64,000 nt of DNA from Amoebophrya sp. A120. Taxonomy: Eukaryota > Protista > Dinoflagellata. The notes beneath the pieces are model-generated. The model did no database searches and was not told where the DNA came from. It saw only the letters and a program-made list of their open reading frames with translations. The first letter of the stretch is position 1. Every line of letters begins with the position of its first letter. Location: NCBI GenBank assembly GCA_905178155.1, contig CAJINV010000004.1, positions 2,246,391 to 2,310,390 on the forward strand. The letters are read 5' to 3'. Below, one piece after another: positions 28,417-42,100 of the stretch. The position numbers were made by a program, and so were the translations under genes.

Positions 28417-31400
28417 ATGGTCAGCACAACCCCGCAGTTTGTTGAAGAAAATGCTGCAATACAGGGGAGTGCAGTGATGGGTCGTGGGCAAGATGAGGAC
28501 TGTTCGCCGCGTAGTGTCAAGGAGACCCCTAGTACCCAGGTCAACGACGGCGTAGCGCTGGGTTTTACTACGCAAGGGAAGCTTGATGACCCAGTGGGAA
28601 ATGCTGCTGTTCCATCGGAGGATTTGCGCGCTCTTGTGCGGGAGGAGGCACGAGCGCTGCTGCAGGCGGCTATTGCGCCACTCGAGCAAAGGGTCGCTGC
28701 GATGGAACGGTGTATGGAGCGGCTGCAAGGTGGTATAGGATGATATTGTATGCGTAGTTACTAGAAGGTGAACAGAGAGTCAATTTGTCGTGAAAAAAAA
28801 TTATTTACTTTGCACGAAGAAGATGCTTCCTACGGAACGTAGGTTCTTACCAGCCGCGCTCTGCTCATTACCCATTTGGGCCCAACTCGCGGAGGCAGGC
28901 GAGTCCAGAACTGACAGGGATAGTGTCATCGTCCAAGGCGATAGTGTCATCTCCCAAGCCTCCTCCAAATTCCGTCGCGAGCAAGACCATGGCACCAACG
29001 GGTGGACAAGCTGTGACGCCGGGCGTCACAGCGGCTGGTTTTTTCCCGATCGCCGGTGCGGTGAGGAGTGGTGGACTTACAACACGCGGAGGAGCTGCAA
29101 GTGATATGATACTCCGCAAGGATGGTAGCGAAACTGGATCTGCAATTTCAGGTGCGCACAACAAGCCGGTGAAACTCAAGCTCAAGCTCGGTTCTCTGAA
29201 CGCAACGAAGGTACAACTAGAGCATGGCTCTGGAGGAACAGCAGCGGGTCCTGCGCCGCCAGCTGCGGGGGATAACAATTTGAGTTTGCAGCCCAGGCGT
29301 GGTGGAGCAACAACCCGGCTTACAATCGCGAGTGGCGGGAAAGGAGTGGGAGTGCTGCCGGTACACCAACCAAATCTGCTGTGTAAACAGGATCATGCAA
29401 CGGGGGCAAGCGTGTGCTCGCCAACTCTGGCGTCACCGAAAGTCGCGAAAACTGCTGTGCAGCCTGGTAGAACTGGTGGTGCGAAAAACGACGATGTGCT
29501 CTGTGCTGCCGGATCCAAGGGTGACAGTTCTACTACGACTTCCTCTGCGGGTCCAGAAAAGACGATGATCGCAACAAATGCGAATAATTCTGTACCCCCT
29601 GCTTCCAACCGCACTTACGACGCTTCGAACCGGAAGCCCGCGGTGCCGCGCGCTCCGCGCCGCAGCCCCGAGCGGTCGAAATGGCACCAATTTTTGACCG
29701 CATTACCGGATTCGGATTCGGAGGCGCACCGGGTCGCGCGGGCGGCACTTTTTGTGAAGTATGCCGAGCTATCCAATGAAACGTATGTAGTTTCGGTCTG
29801 GGTGAGTGCAGAAATTCATTTTCCTGATTTTCAACAAAGCCCTATGAAGACTAGAATGCAGGGCATATCATCTTCACAGATTCTGATGTACTACAGCCTG
29901 TGCCGTGTTGTCAAAAACCGCTGGAGTAAAGATTATACCATTTGAGAAGCATGGATGCCATATCATGACGAGCATGACCAAGAGTTAGCGTGTTGTGCTG
30001 GTTGCGAAAAGCAAGCTGTTGCAATCTTCTAGACCACCTACACATAGTACTTCTTCCAATGCATACGAGGGCGTGACGGAGGAAAACAACTCCGCAAAGG
30101 TTTTGGAAAAGGCCCAGGCGGACCTGCTGGTGTTTGAGCTGCTGGGGATCTTCATGGTCGCGGGCACAGCCGCCAGTTCAAAATTATCGTTATCTGTTGG
30201 AACAACTACAACAAGTGCGGGAGGAGCTCATAATCATGAAAGTGGTTCTTCATGCTCTTTAGACGCGGCCGGCAAGAGCAACGCAGTCGCTGCTGCATCA
30301 AATCGTCACTCTTCGTCCTTCGCCGCGGCTGGAGCCACCAATTCGTCTGCGACTCTTCGGAGGAATCACGATCTGGCGATGAAAACGGAGCTGCAAAAGA
30401 TACTCGACCACGCGTTTTTTTGCTGTGCCAATAGTACAACAGCCTGCACGCCGACCACGAGTGGTGTGGCTACGATTTTTCCCGCAGGAGTTACTTTGGA
30501 AGAGGACCGCGCTTGTTCTCATCCGGGGCTGCAACACGAGGGTGTCGTACTCGACAATAAAAAAACGTTGGAACAAGGAGATAGCGAGTTTCCGAACATG
30601 ATGTGGTCTTTCCTGCTCCGGAACCGGTTCCAGGCGTTTCTGAGGATGATCCGCATGCACTTCGAGCTCAGAATTGTGTTCAAACACAACGTGACCGCGT
30701 CGCAAGTTTCGGGAGACACCGCGATCGAAAAACGGGTGTCGGTTTTCGACGCCCAGGCGAAGCTGGAACAGTTTTTCGGGTTGCCGAAACAAACCCTGCT
30801 GGAGAACCTAGAAAAGCTGAAAACGAAGGACGGCGACTCCGTGCTTTTCCACGAAGTGTGCACTTCGGCGGTAGACCTGCGGATCGCGTGTTTTGGCATC
30901 GGAGGAAGTCATGGCGCTTTAACATCTTCCGGTCTGTTGCAGCACCAAGGTGGTGCTAATAATACCGGTTGTTCTCGAAAAACGTCGTTCGCTTCTATTG
31001 GCGGTGGCAGTGCACACGGAAATCCACATGGAGGCACGCTTATGCATTGCAAAAGTATCTATCTTGCGATACTAGTACAAAGAGCATGATCAGCACAAGA
31101 AATTTCGGCAAGAAGAAGAGGGGAATTTGTTAATGATGTTTTAGGTTATTTGGATCATGTATGGCGGCAATTTATAAGTACATACGAGTGCGAATGCGAT
31201 GCTTTTGCAACGCATAACGCTAGTACAACACAGCCAGGGCGGAAGGAGTTCTTTGGGTAGCCTGAACAGCAGCTTCGCGCAAAACTACACCCGGGAACAA
31301 CTGCGCCGGACAAGTGGCGCGGGAGCGGAGATTATCAAAAGGAAAAATCCCCCCTCCCCATATCGAACAGGAAATCTGTGATGCTGGATTTGCGTACACA

Positions 31401-34400
31401 AATCAGATCTGTCTTGCAGTAGAGGACTGTACGCAGATCGCAAGCCTAGATAGGGGCCTTTTGGTGTGGGCGCACAGCATGGCAGACGGCTGCCCTGTAG
31501 TCCTTACAGCATTACAAATCGCCTGCATAGCGTTGCAGAGAGCCTGGATTTGTTCTCTAGCAGGACAGACAGGATTTGTGGTCACAAATCAGCATCGCAA
31601 ATTTTCTGAGACATACCTTTTCGATATGGGGAGGGGGGATTTTTACTGTCAATAGAGATGTTGTTGAAGCAGGGACCACCTACTTGCTCCTACCCGCGAA
31701 ACTTGCAGCGCTACTGTATTTATTGGTTTCTTTCTCTACTTGTTCGTGCTGCTGAATTAGATAAAAACTTCATGACCCTAATAGTTTCGTTTTTTACAAT
31801 GTCGTATACCGAGGCAGAGTAGAGCTGGACCACCAGCCTATGTGTTTTGTTGCGAGGAGCTTTCTCCGATGCATTTGCATACCTACTTGCGTTGAGAATT
31901 TCGAAAGCACTGTTGAGAATTTCGGAGGAAAGATTTCAACCTCTATCAGGCGTGGCGCCGATGTCGCGACCGTACGCGACATCGGAGGTGGACGCAAACA
32001 TTCCCGCGGTGCAAAATGTGGAGGTAGTTTTAAAAAGTCCGGACGTAGTGGTTGCAACAGCTGCAGATGAAATCACGGCACAGCAGCATGAAGAAAAGAC
32101 CTCTACAACGGATGAAAGAAGCAACAACGCAAAGATGAGCTGTACCGCCGCGAAGAATGACAGGACAAACGGAGAACAAAGAAATGCAGAGGAGGGTTCT
32201 GTTTTTGCGCCGCTTTCGACGCCTGACTGCACGAGGAGCCTGTCATCCGCTGGGCCGAGGAACAAGTCTGCCGCCTTGGAGCCGCGTATCAAATGCAAAA
32301 ATGACTGGGTCTGGAATGTTGCCGGGTTTGTCATGCATATTTTGCATGACCTAGGAAAGGATGTCTGTAATGCACGACCTAGCACCACAGATTCTTAGAG
32401 GGTTTCCTGCTGCCTACTCCGCATGACAAATGCCCTCCCCACGTAGCAAAAAGCAGACTCCTCTTGCTAGTCATGCAATACAGATATTTTTACAATGCGG
32501 CTCAAGGAGGCACATCCGATTGAAAATAGTAGGTGAAGCAGTGACCGAAGCTTCACAACGCACTTGAAAAACAGAATATAGCAGTTTGCTTGTTTTTGTT
32601 CGCGATTGAAAAAACTGAGTTTTGAGAAAATTACGCAAAACTGAGAGAAAACGAACTCAGATCCATGTAGAATTCAAAGTTAGCATCACAAGTTCCAACC
32701 TTCCAGACCCAGACATTTTTGCAATTCATACCGCGCACCGCAGATAAGAAACTTTTGACGACCACACCGGAGCTGGGCGGCTTCGAGGACGGATGGACAA
32801 ATACGAATATTCCTACAACGAAGGAAGACAAAAAACCTACCACTGGAGCTGCTGCTCTAGCAGCCTGCTTTGATGTTGTAACTACCGACAACGAGAACGG
32901 GAAGGCAGGGAATAAAGACGAGGGAGGGGATAATTCTTCTGCGCGGGTGGAAAAAGATAAAAGCAAGAAAAAAAAGGACCACGACGTCGTGAGGACCAAA
33001 AATCCGCGTGACCTGATGGACAACAAGCGGAGCGGCAGCAGAGTGTTGTCGCAAAAGTCCGCGAAGCTGGAGCAATTTTTGCAGCAGAAAAAGCAGACGG
33101 AGTACGCAAACACCTTCACGAACAGCCCGGTTCTTGTCGAACAAGAAGTGATAGAGGAGCGGAAGACCACGAACGACGTTGACGCGATGGGTTCTTTTCG
33201 TGCTCCGCTGGTCGGCGTCGGTACTAGCAGCGAGCTGAAAGAACCACGACCAGGGGCAGGAGCAGCGGCTCCTCTTGAACGGGGAAGAAATTCTACTGTT
33301 GCTGAAATCGCAGTTGCAGAAGAACAACACACAGAACAGCAAGTACCGGTTGAAAAGGAGACTGAAGAAGTTCCAGTACCGGACGATGTCAGCCAGGGCG
33401 GAGAAACAGATGGTCTGTCGGTGGGCATCAAATTGTTGCCCAGCGCGGGAACAAGAACTTCTCCTGCGGTGGATAATGCTAGTGTTGTTGGTTGTATGAA
33501 AGCATCTTCCATGTTGACCACTGCTCCGGAGGCTTGCACCGCTCCGCAAGCTTGCACCCACGTCTCGGAAGCGGATTTCGGAGCGCAGTTTCCGCAAGCT
33601 GAGCATGGTTTCAAAAACTCGCCGCCTGGGTGGACAGTCACTGCCTCATCTGAAGAGCAAGTTGCTCCTCCTGCGGGTCGTGAGATGACACAAGAAGAAC
33701 CTCCACCCGAGGACGTCGAAAAGGCGAAGGGGTTCTTAACTTCTGGTTCTGCCGACGAGGACCGAAAAAATGACCAAAAAGAAGAGCTCTATTTTTCCCC
33801 TTCGCGCACTCCGAACAGCTGCCAGGATCAAAAATCAGAAAAATCTTCGGACCAAGACCCGAACTTTGCGGATCTGCGGTCGCTTATTCTCGCCGAGGGG
33901 GACCGACTCTGCGAGGACATCAGTCGGCAGGTGGAGATGGCGCTGGTGGAGAAGCATCTGTATCAAGAAGAAAAATCCCCCCTCCCCATATCAAAACGAA
34001 GTTTCTGATGCTGGATGTCCGTACACAAATCAGAGCTGTCTGGCAGTGGAGCATTGCAGGCATATGCCGCGCCTGAGTACGGAGCTTCTGACGTGGACGC
34101 TTAGCATCGCAAATGTCTATGCTGTAGCCCAAGCAGCATCACAAACCGTCCGCATAATGCGGCAGAGACCGTAGAGTTGCTTCCTTGCAAGACAAAAAAA
34201 TTTGTGGTCACAAATCAGCATTACAAACTTTCTGAGAAGTACGTTTTTGATATGGGGAGGGCGGATTTTTCCCTTTGATAATCTGGTGGGTGTGACCACG
34301 TCGCCGTTGATCGAGGAAAATGAAGAGGACGACTCCGTGGTGACTGAGGAGGTAGCTGCTGCTGCTGCAGGAACTTCTATAGCGGACTGCAAGAAGAGCC

Positions 34401-35050
34401 ATGATGAAGCTGCAGAGGCAGGGCTTCATGAGCAGAAGCAGAACCGCGACAGCACGACCCCTGGAGTTGATGGTGCTCTAGTACATGATTTATTACTTCA
34501 CGAAGAGGAGGAAATGCATCGGAAGCAGGAATCAATAACAAGTATCTTCCCGCAGTCCGGGCCCTCTTCGATTTCTTCCCTAGGGACCACGGAGGAACAA
34601 GTTGGCGCACGAGAAGCTGCCCCAGCTGCGGTGGTGCCGGAACAACAACTCCAAAAGGTGGATAACGAAAACGCGATTAGTGCACCTACCACTTCCCCTG
34701 CTCTTTTGACCTCCTCGGTTGGGAAGATTTCTGGAGATGAGAAAATTGAAACCGACCACTCGGGGACGACCCTGCCGCAAGATAGTTCATCTCGTGGAGA
34801 TGATACTTCTGCAGCAGAATTACAAGCACCAGAAGCTCCTGCGTCACCATCCTCGTCCTGTGTCGCGGTACAACAGAATGTAAGTTATCCTTCTGATGAA
34901 ACCACGAAGGGAAATAAAAGCGGTAAAAAGAAGAGCAAAACTAAGGCCGGAAAAAAGTTTCAGCCCGTGAAAACGAACAAACAGAGCGGAACTGCATCGG
35001 GTGGAAGCGTTGGAGATGGTGCGGCCTGCGAGGGTCGGGGCGGGATTTGA
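28417..35050 (+). CDS. Large hypothetical low-complexity protein
   Basis: ORFs 28417, 28923, 29995, 31199, 31847, 32719 and 34202 join in frame after removing 5 introners and 2 conventional introns. Confidence 0.6.
29770..30065. mobile_element. Degenerate A-like introner
   Basis: TATCCAATG...CAATGCATA; DR CGAGC/CGAGG. Confidence 0.65.
31041..31216. mobile_element. Short introner (D-type)
   Basis: TATGCATTGCAAAAGTATC...GATGCTTTTGCAACGCATA; DR ACGCT. Confidence 0.85.
31333..31654. mobile_element. Introner family B
   Basis: B-type TIR; DR GAGAT. Confidence 0.9.
32287..32730. mobile_element. Introner family A carrying a 175-bp insertion
   Basis: A-type TIR; DR CCGCG. Confidence 0.9.
33961..34280. 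mobile_element. Introner family B
   Basis: B-type TIR; DR ATCTG. Confidence 0.9.
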
Positions 35051-36129
35051 AGCCCTACGAGCGGGACGGGTGCTGTTTGCATAGGAAGAAAAGACGGGGA
35101 AGATCGAGGTAGTGCTCAGGGGTCGTGGTTCACCGCCTGCGAGGACTCGTCGTGAATTCAGTACTCACATCAGTATTTAAATACACAAACCGCTACGCTA
35201 ACGAAGATGAGACCTCCTTTTGCACTGTGCCATTCATTATGTGGAAGAAAAGTTTCGAAGAAGCCCTGAGTATCTTTTGTATTCGATGGAGTGTCGTGTC
35301 TGATTATTCGATCGTCTGAAATGAAAGACAGTTGACGAAAATTGGAGAAATATTTTACACGCGACCTCCCGGATATGATCATTTTGCACCCTCTTATTAT
35401 GAAGCAATAGGTTTTTCCTCTGAAAGCCAAGTGGTTGTACTTCATCTTCGACGCCATAATAAAGTAAACAGAGACCACCTCCCATCTACGACTTGAGTTG
35501 CAGCCTGTTTTGATAATGTCGAAAAAAATGGAAGAGAAATCCGCAAGCGGCCGTGCTTGATATGAGGAAACGTAACTACTTATTTGTATCTTTGTTTGCA
35601 GATGATGTTCTACTTAAGTACTTTGAAGAGCAGCGTCGGCGGTACTGTCGCTAAACACCGGAGATCTCATCTTTGCGGCGAATCAATTTTAAGTGGTGGC
35701 GCGTCTTCAAGATCCCTACAACTACGTACAGCTTCCTTCCGCTTGGCGAGCGTTCGCGTTTTTATTTGCGATAAGATCCGTATCCGAGACTGGATTTTGA
35801 TTTTGTCGAAGCGACTTCTTTATTTTGCGTTCAAAATTGTCAGGTCTTTCGTTTCCACCGTTGAAGCAGTATATTGTCGCGTTTCCTTTACCTTTTCGCT
35901 GGTTGTCTACTTCCAGCAGTTCACGCATTGCATATAGTTTTTCCTCGTTCTCGAAGACAGCATGATACACTGATTTTTAGTTTTCGTCATCGCGAAAGCT
36001 TTTTGAGTCCTGACTGGTCCTAAATAAGCCACGACCCAGCTGCTAGTAGTTCTTTTCGCGGCGTGCTGCACAGGTTTTTTTTTTGGAGTTATAAGCAGCG
36101 CACTTTCATCAAGTTGTCACAAGCCCAAG

Positions 36130-39100
36130 ATGCGGAATTTTCTTCTCCACACCCTGTGCTCGGTGGGTGGCAGTACGGTTCTTGCGCGGCGAGCAAACAA
36201 ACCACTGCCGACCGGTATGGGAGTGTCAGGATTGAAATCGACAGAGTTGAAATAACTTGTAATGCATAAAATCGATACCAGTTGGAAGCCCAATTTCTAA
36301 GCGGCGCATGACAAATTTCGGCACCGTCTAGATCCAGTCTGTCATGCTGCTTAGATAGGGACAGAAGGCGCCTTTTGTCATGCTACTTCGGCAGCTCTAT
36401 CGCAGACCCCAAACACGCTGACAGTCGGCCTCACTTGCCATCCCTGCAAGAGAGGCACTCCATGCTTTGCAATTTATGCATGAGAAATTATTTCAACTTT
36501 GTCGATTTGAATCCTGACACCTCCATGGCCGGCCTGCAAACGCCGACGTCAAGCAGTGAAACCAGCACCACGCCAACTAGTGCCTATGAACTGCAAATAT
36601 GTCTGGGTCTGGAAGGATCCGAACTTGTGATGCGTGTTTCGGATCCTACAAAGATCTGTGATGCATAAACGTGCAAAAGGTGCCCACTTCTGGCCATGCT
36701 GAGAAGGCATTTCTCATGCAGAATACGCATCAACAAGGAGCTGCAGAACCTGTGATGCTAGGCCCTGCATTCCCGACGTGGGGGAGCTTGGAAAAACTGC
36801 ATGACAAATCTCGGAGTCTCCCAGACCCAGACATTTTTGCATTTGATAGTGCCACCCCGCCAACGAAAGGCGCCGGCGGGTCATCTTCCTCAAAAAGCAA
36901 AACGACCGGCGAAGGAGCAGTAGAGCAGCATCGTGATGTGCTGGAACAACTGCAGCCGGGAGTAGCAGGAACTACAGGTCGTGGGGAAGCCGCACCTGCT
37001 CCGTCAGCTTCCTCCCGAAGACACCACGTGGCGAATCCAAAGCCGATTCGCACACCGTCGCCGGATGAGCGTGGAAGAGGACGGCCGCCAGGAGGAGCGA
37101 ATAGGGTCGTGAAAGAAGATCATTTTGGAGCCGCTAATTCCGCAGGAGCCCCTTTGCGGGGACCACTACACCAAGCTACGACGGCTTCGTCCACGACTTC
37201 GGGAGAGCAAACCCCGCAACAGCGCGGGAGGCAACGCGGTTCGGCGGGGAAAGGGTAAATGTAGGATAGTAGGGTTAAAGTGTGTAGAAGAAATATTCTT
37301 TCTCCGTTTATTTCATTTTTGCCTGCTAAAGCACTGCTGCTGGGGCGCGATTCTTTGCGCTTTGCTTCATAAGTTTTTAAATGCCTCAAGACCCCCCGGG
37401 GAACAAAATGTTGACGTCAAATAAACAGTTCGGCACCGCAAGCCGCATGGAACGCGACCCCAAAAGCGCGCACAAGCACGGGTGCAAGTACGTGGACCTC
37501 CAGCCCCAAAGCGGGCGGAAATAAAGGCGCAACTACGACTCGGCCTTTGCTTCAGGAACACGGCGAACCTGGTGACGCGGAGCAATGGCCGTCCCTCGGC
37601 GGAGGCTTGCCGCGGCAGCAGCATGCTGCCGGGCCCTCTGGTGGTCGGAGGTCCCCGGCCAGCAGCAGCACCACGACCAGCGCCGCAAACACGCCAGCAA
37701 ACCGCGGCCGGGGAAGGACTACCGCGTGGAGTACGGCGGCGTCAGCAGGCGGAACCGGAAGGTCCTCCACCGCTTATAAAAACAACCACGACGAGCATAT
37801 TGTAGCTCCGACCACCAAGGAAGAGGAGCACGCGCTGCTCGAGCAAGCGCAACGCGAGTCCCAGCGCGATTATCTGATGCAGGAGCTGAGGGACTTTAAC
37901 GCCGCGATAGCCCGAGAACTCGGTGCGGGCCAACAACAGAGACAACTCCAGCAGCAAGTAGGGGGAATAGCATCAAATGTTAATAATTTGCCGACCGCTT
38001 CTTGGGCGGCCTCAAGCCCAGTAGAGCACCACAACGCGGTGCTCCTTGCGGAGCAGGTCAAAAACGCGTGGACGAGTACACCAACAATGGCCCACCAACA
38101 GCAGATGCAGCTCTCGCCGCAGAGTATTGCAACGCAGCCACCGCTGTTGCAGCCCAGTCCCCACCACGCGGGATCTTCGTTCCCGGAGCAGTTTGCCGGC
38201 ATGCTGCAGTCGCCCTCGTTACAGGGGCCCGGAGGAATTACATCAACCGGTCATCTCATGGTGCCCTCTCCGGCGGCGCAGGCGCAGGATTTCCAGCAGC
38301 AGGGAGGAATCATACAGCAATCCCTTTTGCAGTACGCGGCCAACAGTGCGGAGACGACACCTCAAAATGCCGGGCGCATGATGAGTGGCGCATCTCCCGC
38401 GGGGGCTGGTGCCCAGATGCAGTTCGCACAGAGTCAGCAGCAAATGGCGGCCGCAGCAGCTGCACAACAGCTTCAGGGCCAACCGCAGCAAAGTTCTTAC
38501 CAGGTGCAGACCTACGTGGCGAGCCCGGTGGCGGCGGGTAACGGGAACATTGTGCCCGTTTTTATGCCCATTGCCGCGATGGAAATGGCAGCGGGCATTT
38601 CTAGTACTACAACCATGGGAGTTGTAGACCAGCAGCAGCAGCAGGATGTGATGTACAACACGCCTCAGCTGCAGCAACAGATGGCACAACAACAACAGCC
38701 ACTCGCGTCGTCGAACAATGTTAATGTGCAACAGTCCTACGAGCATTTGCAGCCTACTTCGCCGCACATGCAGCCGCAACCGGCTATAGGCCCGTACGGA
38801 ACTACTAGTGGCGCACCGTCAACTCTACTGCCAATGCAGATGCAGCTACAACAACTTCCCAGCAGCAGCGCGACGAGCCACGGCGCGATGGGAACTGTGA
38901 TGCAGCTGGACCAATCCTCGCCCGCGTCAAGCTCGTACGCGGGCAACACACCGATGCTTTCCATGCAGCCAGACCCGCTGTACGGCGGACCGGTGGATTT
39001 TGCGCTGAATGGGGTTGTCATGGGCAGCACCATCCACTCTGACTGTACCACGCCTTCCCTGGGACACAAATCGGGCGACAGCTGCGCACTGGGACCACCT

Positions 39101-42100
39101 TCCGGAGGTGGCGGGCTGGGGTCCGGTCAGGAGCTGCAGGCCAGTTCATCGGCGAAGGAGAAGACCATTCAGGATATCACTCCCCCCGTAGTGGACCTCG
39201 GCAACTACGAGACGGAGCAAGGTTTCATGCTGGGTGATCTGGAACAACCTCTGTCCCGGTCTTCTGTCCGCTCCAGCGCGGGGATGAATCTGTTGCTGCA
39301 AAACAGCGGGGTTGCGGCCGGATTCGCGCCATCTACAGCTACAACCGGTGGTGCCGGAACATCAACCTCAAAGCAGATCGCGTCCACCTCTCGGACAAGC
39401 AGCAAGCACCAGGTTTTCGATGGAACACCACCAGCAGGCAGCACTTCAGAGCTCCTGCAAGAAGTAGACCATTCCTCCGGGCAGAACAGCGGGGGGAAAC
39501 AAACCTCTTCCGGCGGTTCGGTTGCCGCCGTGGACGCGCGACTCAGCCAGAATTTGACGTCCAATTTTCAGGTGGACGACGTGGTCCGCACGCTGCGGGA
39601 GAACCAGGCGGCGACGACGCAGAAGGAGCGCATGTACAACGACCGGGTAGGTACGTTAGAGGAGCAGGAGCAGGCCTTGATCCAGCAAATGCAGAAGCTG
39701 CAGCTGGAGAAGGCGGAAGCCATCGCGCAAGCGGACCGGGCGGCGGCCGTGAACGAGCGGTTTACGGACAAAATCGCCATGCTCATCGACGGCAAGCAGG
39801 ACGAGGAGGATGCGCAGATCGCACGGCAGCTCGCGGAAGGAAATCACCAGCATGAGCCTGCTAGTGTGTCTGCAGCTGGCGTTGTTCCTGCAAACGAAAC
39901 AAATGAGAGCACCACCCTGAATGTTAAAAATCATTCAGAAACCAGTCGAACAACAGCTGCGGCGACCGGCATAACCAGCAGTAAAGGTGATGGCAAGAAT
40001 TATGCCACCGCGTCTTCTACAACTTCTGCGAGCGGAATGAAAACTAGTGTGGCAGTGGGAGCCCCCACAGCTTCTCCTTCTGCAGTCGGGGAAATAAAAG
40101 CGGCAGTAGCTCCGTCTATATCCTCCTCGTCAACATCACAGAAGAATGCACTAGCGAGAACAATCTCTGCAGCGGTTCATCCCGTTGCTCCCCAGACCGA
40201 CGTGGCCTTCGATCTGTTGGTAGAGCAGGTCAAGCGCGAGGAAAAGCGCAACCCGCGCGCTGTCTCCATGTTCCCCGCATTGGGGACGGACCGTCCGATG
40301 TGCGTGCAGGGTACATACCACCACGAAATCACCGGGCTATTCGAGGAAGGCACGGTACTAAGTACATTAGCCCTACAGTAGTTTTTGTGAAAAATGATAA
40401 AGTAAGCAGTTGGATTTTAATATTCTGCATCGTTGGTGAAAGCCGCCACGACCTGCTGGTCACGAGTATAGCTGCTGCTCCCGCTGCAAATTTCACGTTG
40501 CTATTTTAAGTGTAAATTATATATGACATGACGAATGAAGTACACAACAAGACCAAGATCAAGACCCAGTAAAATAAACATATTGAAACTACAGGTTTGG
40601 GTTTTCGTGCAGCTCGCCGAACATCCGTTATTCGGGAGCGTGAATAGCAGCCGGGAACCGCAATACCATGCGAAGTATGAGGCTTGGCTCGAGGCAGGTA
40701 TCCAGCAACATCAGCAGGACCTTAGTTCGAGCGTGTTGTACTGCCGCTATTTGATGTCCTATAATTTTTTCGAGCGTGTTCATAAATATAAATGTGATGC
40801 TGCCCTAGTTCGTTCTGATTCCAGTCGACAAGCACAATGTACTTACATCCATAACTGGTCTTGAAATGGTGTATCGTCCACCCGATGGACATGATCATCT
40901 ATCAGCTCCGTAGTGTGAATATGTAATTACTTAAATTTGTGAGAAACAACATCAACGACACAACCCAGGCCCGAGCGCGGCGTCGCGCCGAGAGCCGCTC
41001 ACCGTCGCGCAGTCCGGTGACACGCGGAAGGAGGGCGAGCTGAAATTCCGGTTCCGGTGGTTCGGCACGGAAGCGGAGGTGAAACTTTCGGAGCAGCTTA
41101 TCAAATGTAAAAATGTCTGGGTCTGGAAACTTGTGATGCTGTGTGGCGTATCATGAGGAGGCCACAATTGCTGGCTCAGCATGACAAGTTTCTGAGGAGC
41201 TTCTAGGTGTTGCCTATTCTGCATGACAAACTACGTTTCTGCATGACAGAAAAGTGGGGCTCTTTGGTAATGTGCATGACAGATTTAAGAGTCATGCCAG
41301 ACAAGCATGACAAACTTGCATTCTTCCAGACCCAGACATTTTTACACTTGATACAGCTCGTGTGCGCCCGAAACAACCAACTCGCCCTATCAGAAGGAAA
41401 AATCCCCCCTCCCCATATCGAAATGGAAATCTGTGATGCAGGATTTGAGGTACCAAATTGACTTGTCATGCTAGAAGGCCAAGAGCCGCAGTCGTGGTCT
41501 CGTTTGCAGGCAATTTGTCATGCTGTTTCCCACTCTCAGCTGCCTCCTGTCATGCTGAAGATGCAAGGCTCCCCCACGCCACCCAGCACTACAGTCCGCA
41601 TCTTTTCCCGTGTAGCATGACAAAGCTGATTTGTGACAACAAATCTGCATCACAGATTTCAGTTTTGATATGGGGAGGGGGGATTTTTCCTTTTGATACG
41701 CCCTGGACGTGGAAGTCACTGCCGACGCGATTGGGCACAGCGAGCAGACCGCCTCGGCGAGTGGCGTAATTTTAGACTTGATCCAGGAGAAACCGGCGGA
41801 GCTGGCGCGAAAAGAGCGGAAGCGGTCTCTCTCTCGCGACGCGCGCCGAATCTCGCACCGGTCGGTACCAGCGCGGGACCGACACGGTGCGCAGAACACC
41901 GAGATTTCATCCCGCGCGTATGACAGTGCACAACTCCACCCCCTCCCCCGCATTTGTATAGCATGAGTGGCAATAAGAGCATCAGCAAGAGTGCCGGTTC
42001 TGCATGACAATTCTGCACTGGAGTGTAGTGCTATTTGGGCTAGTGCCAGAACTTGTCATGCAAACAGCGCCAAGAGGCAAGGGGTGGATTGGATATTTTG

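Noticed and set aside
32498-32507. GGCTCAAG as a dinoflagellate spliced-leader relic (also near 44345)
   Set aside because: Only about 8 nt match, and the sites are inside an insert or a CDS rather than upstream of a gene.
32631-33641. Long minus-strand ORFs (32631-33641, 49421-50281, 45287-45937 and others)
   Set aside because: Antisense shadows of GC-rich + strand exons; they run into element sequence and show no recognisable domain.
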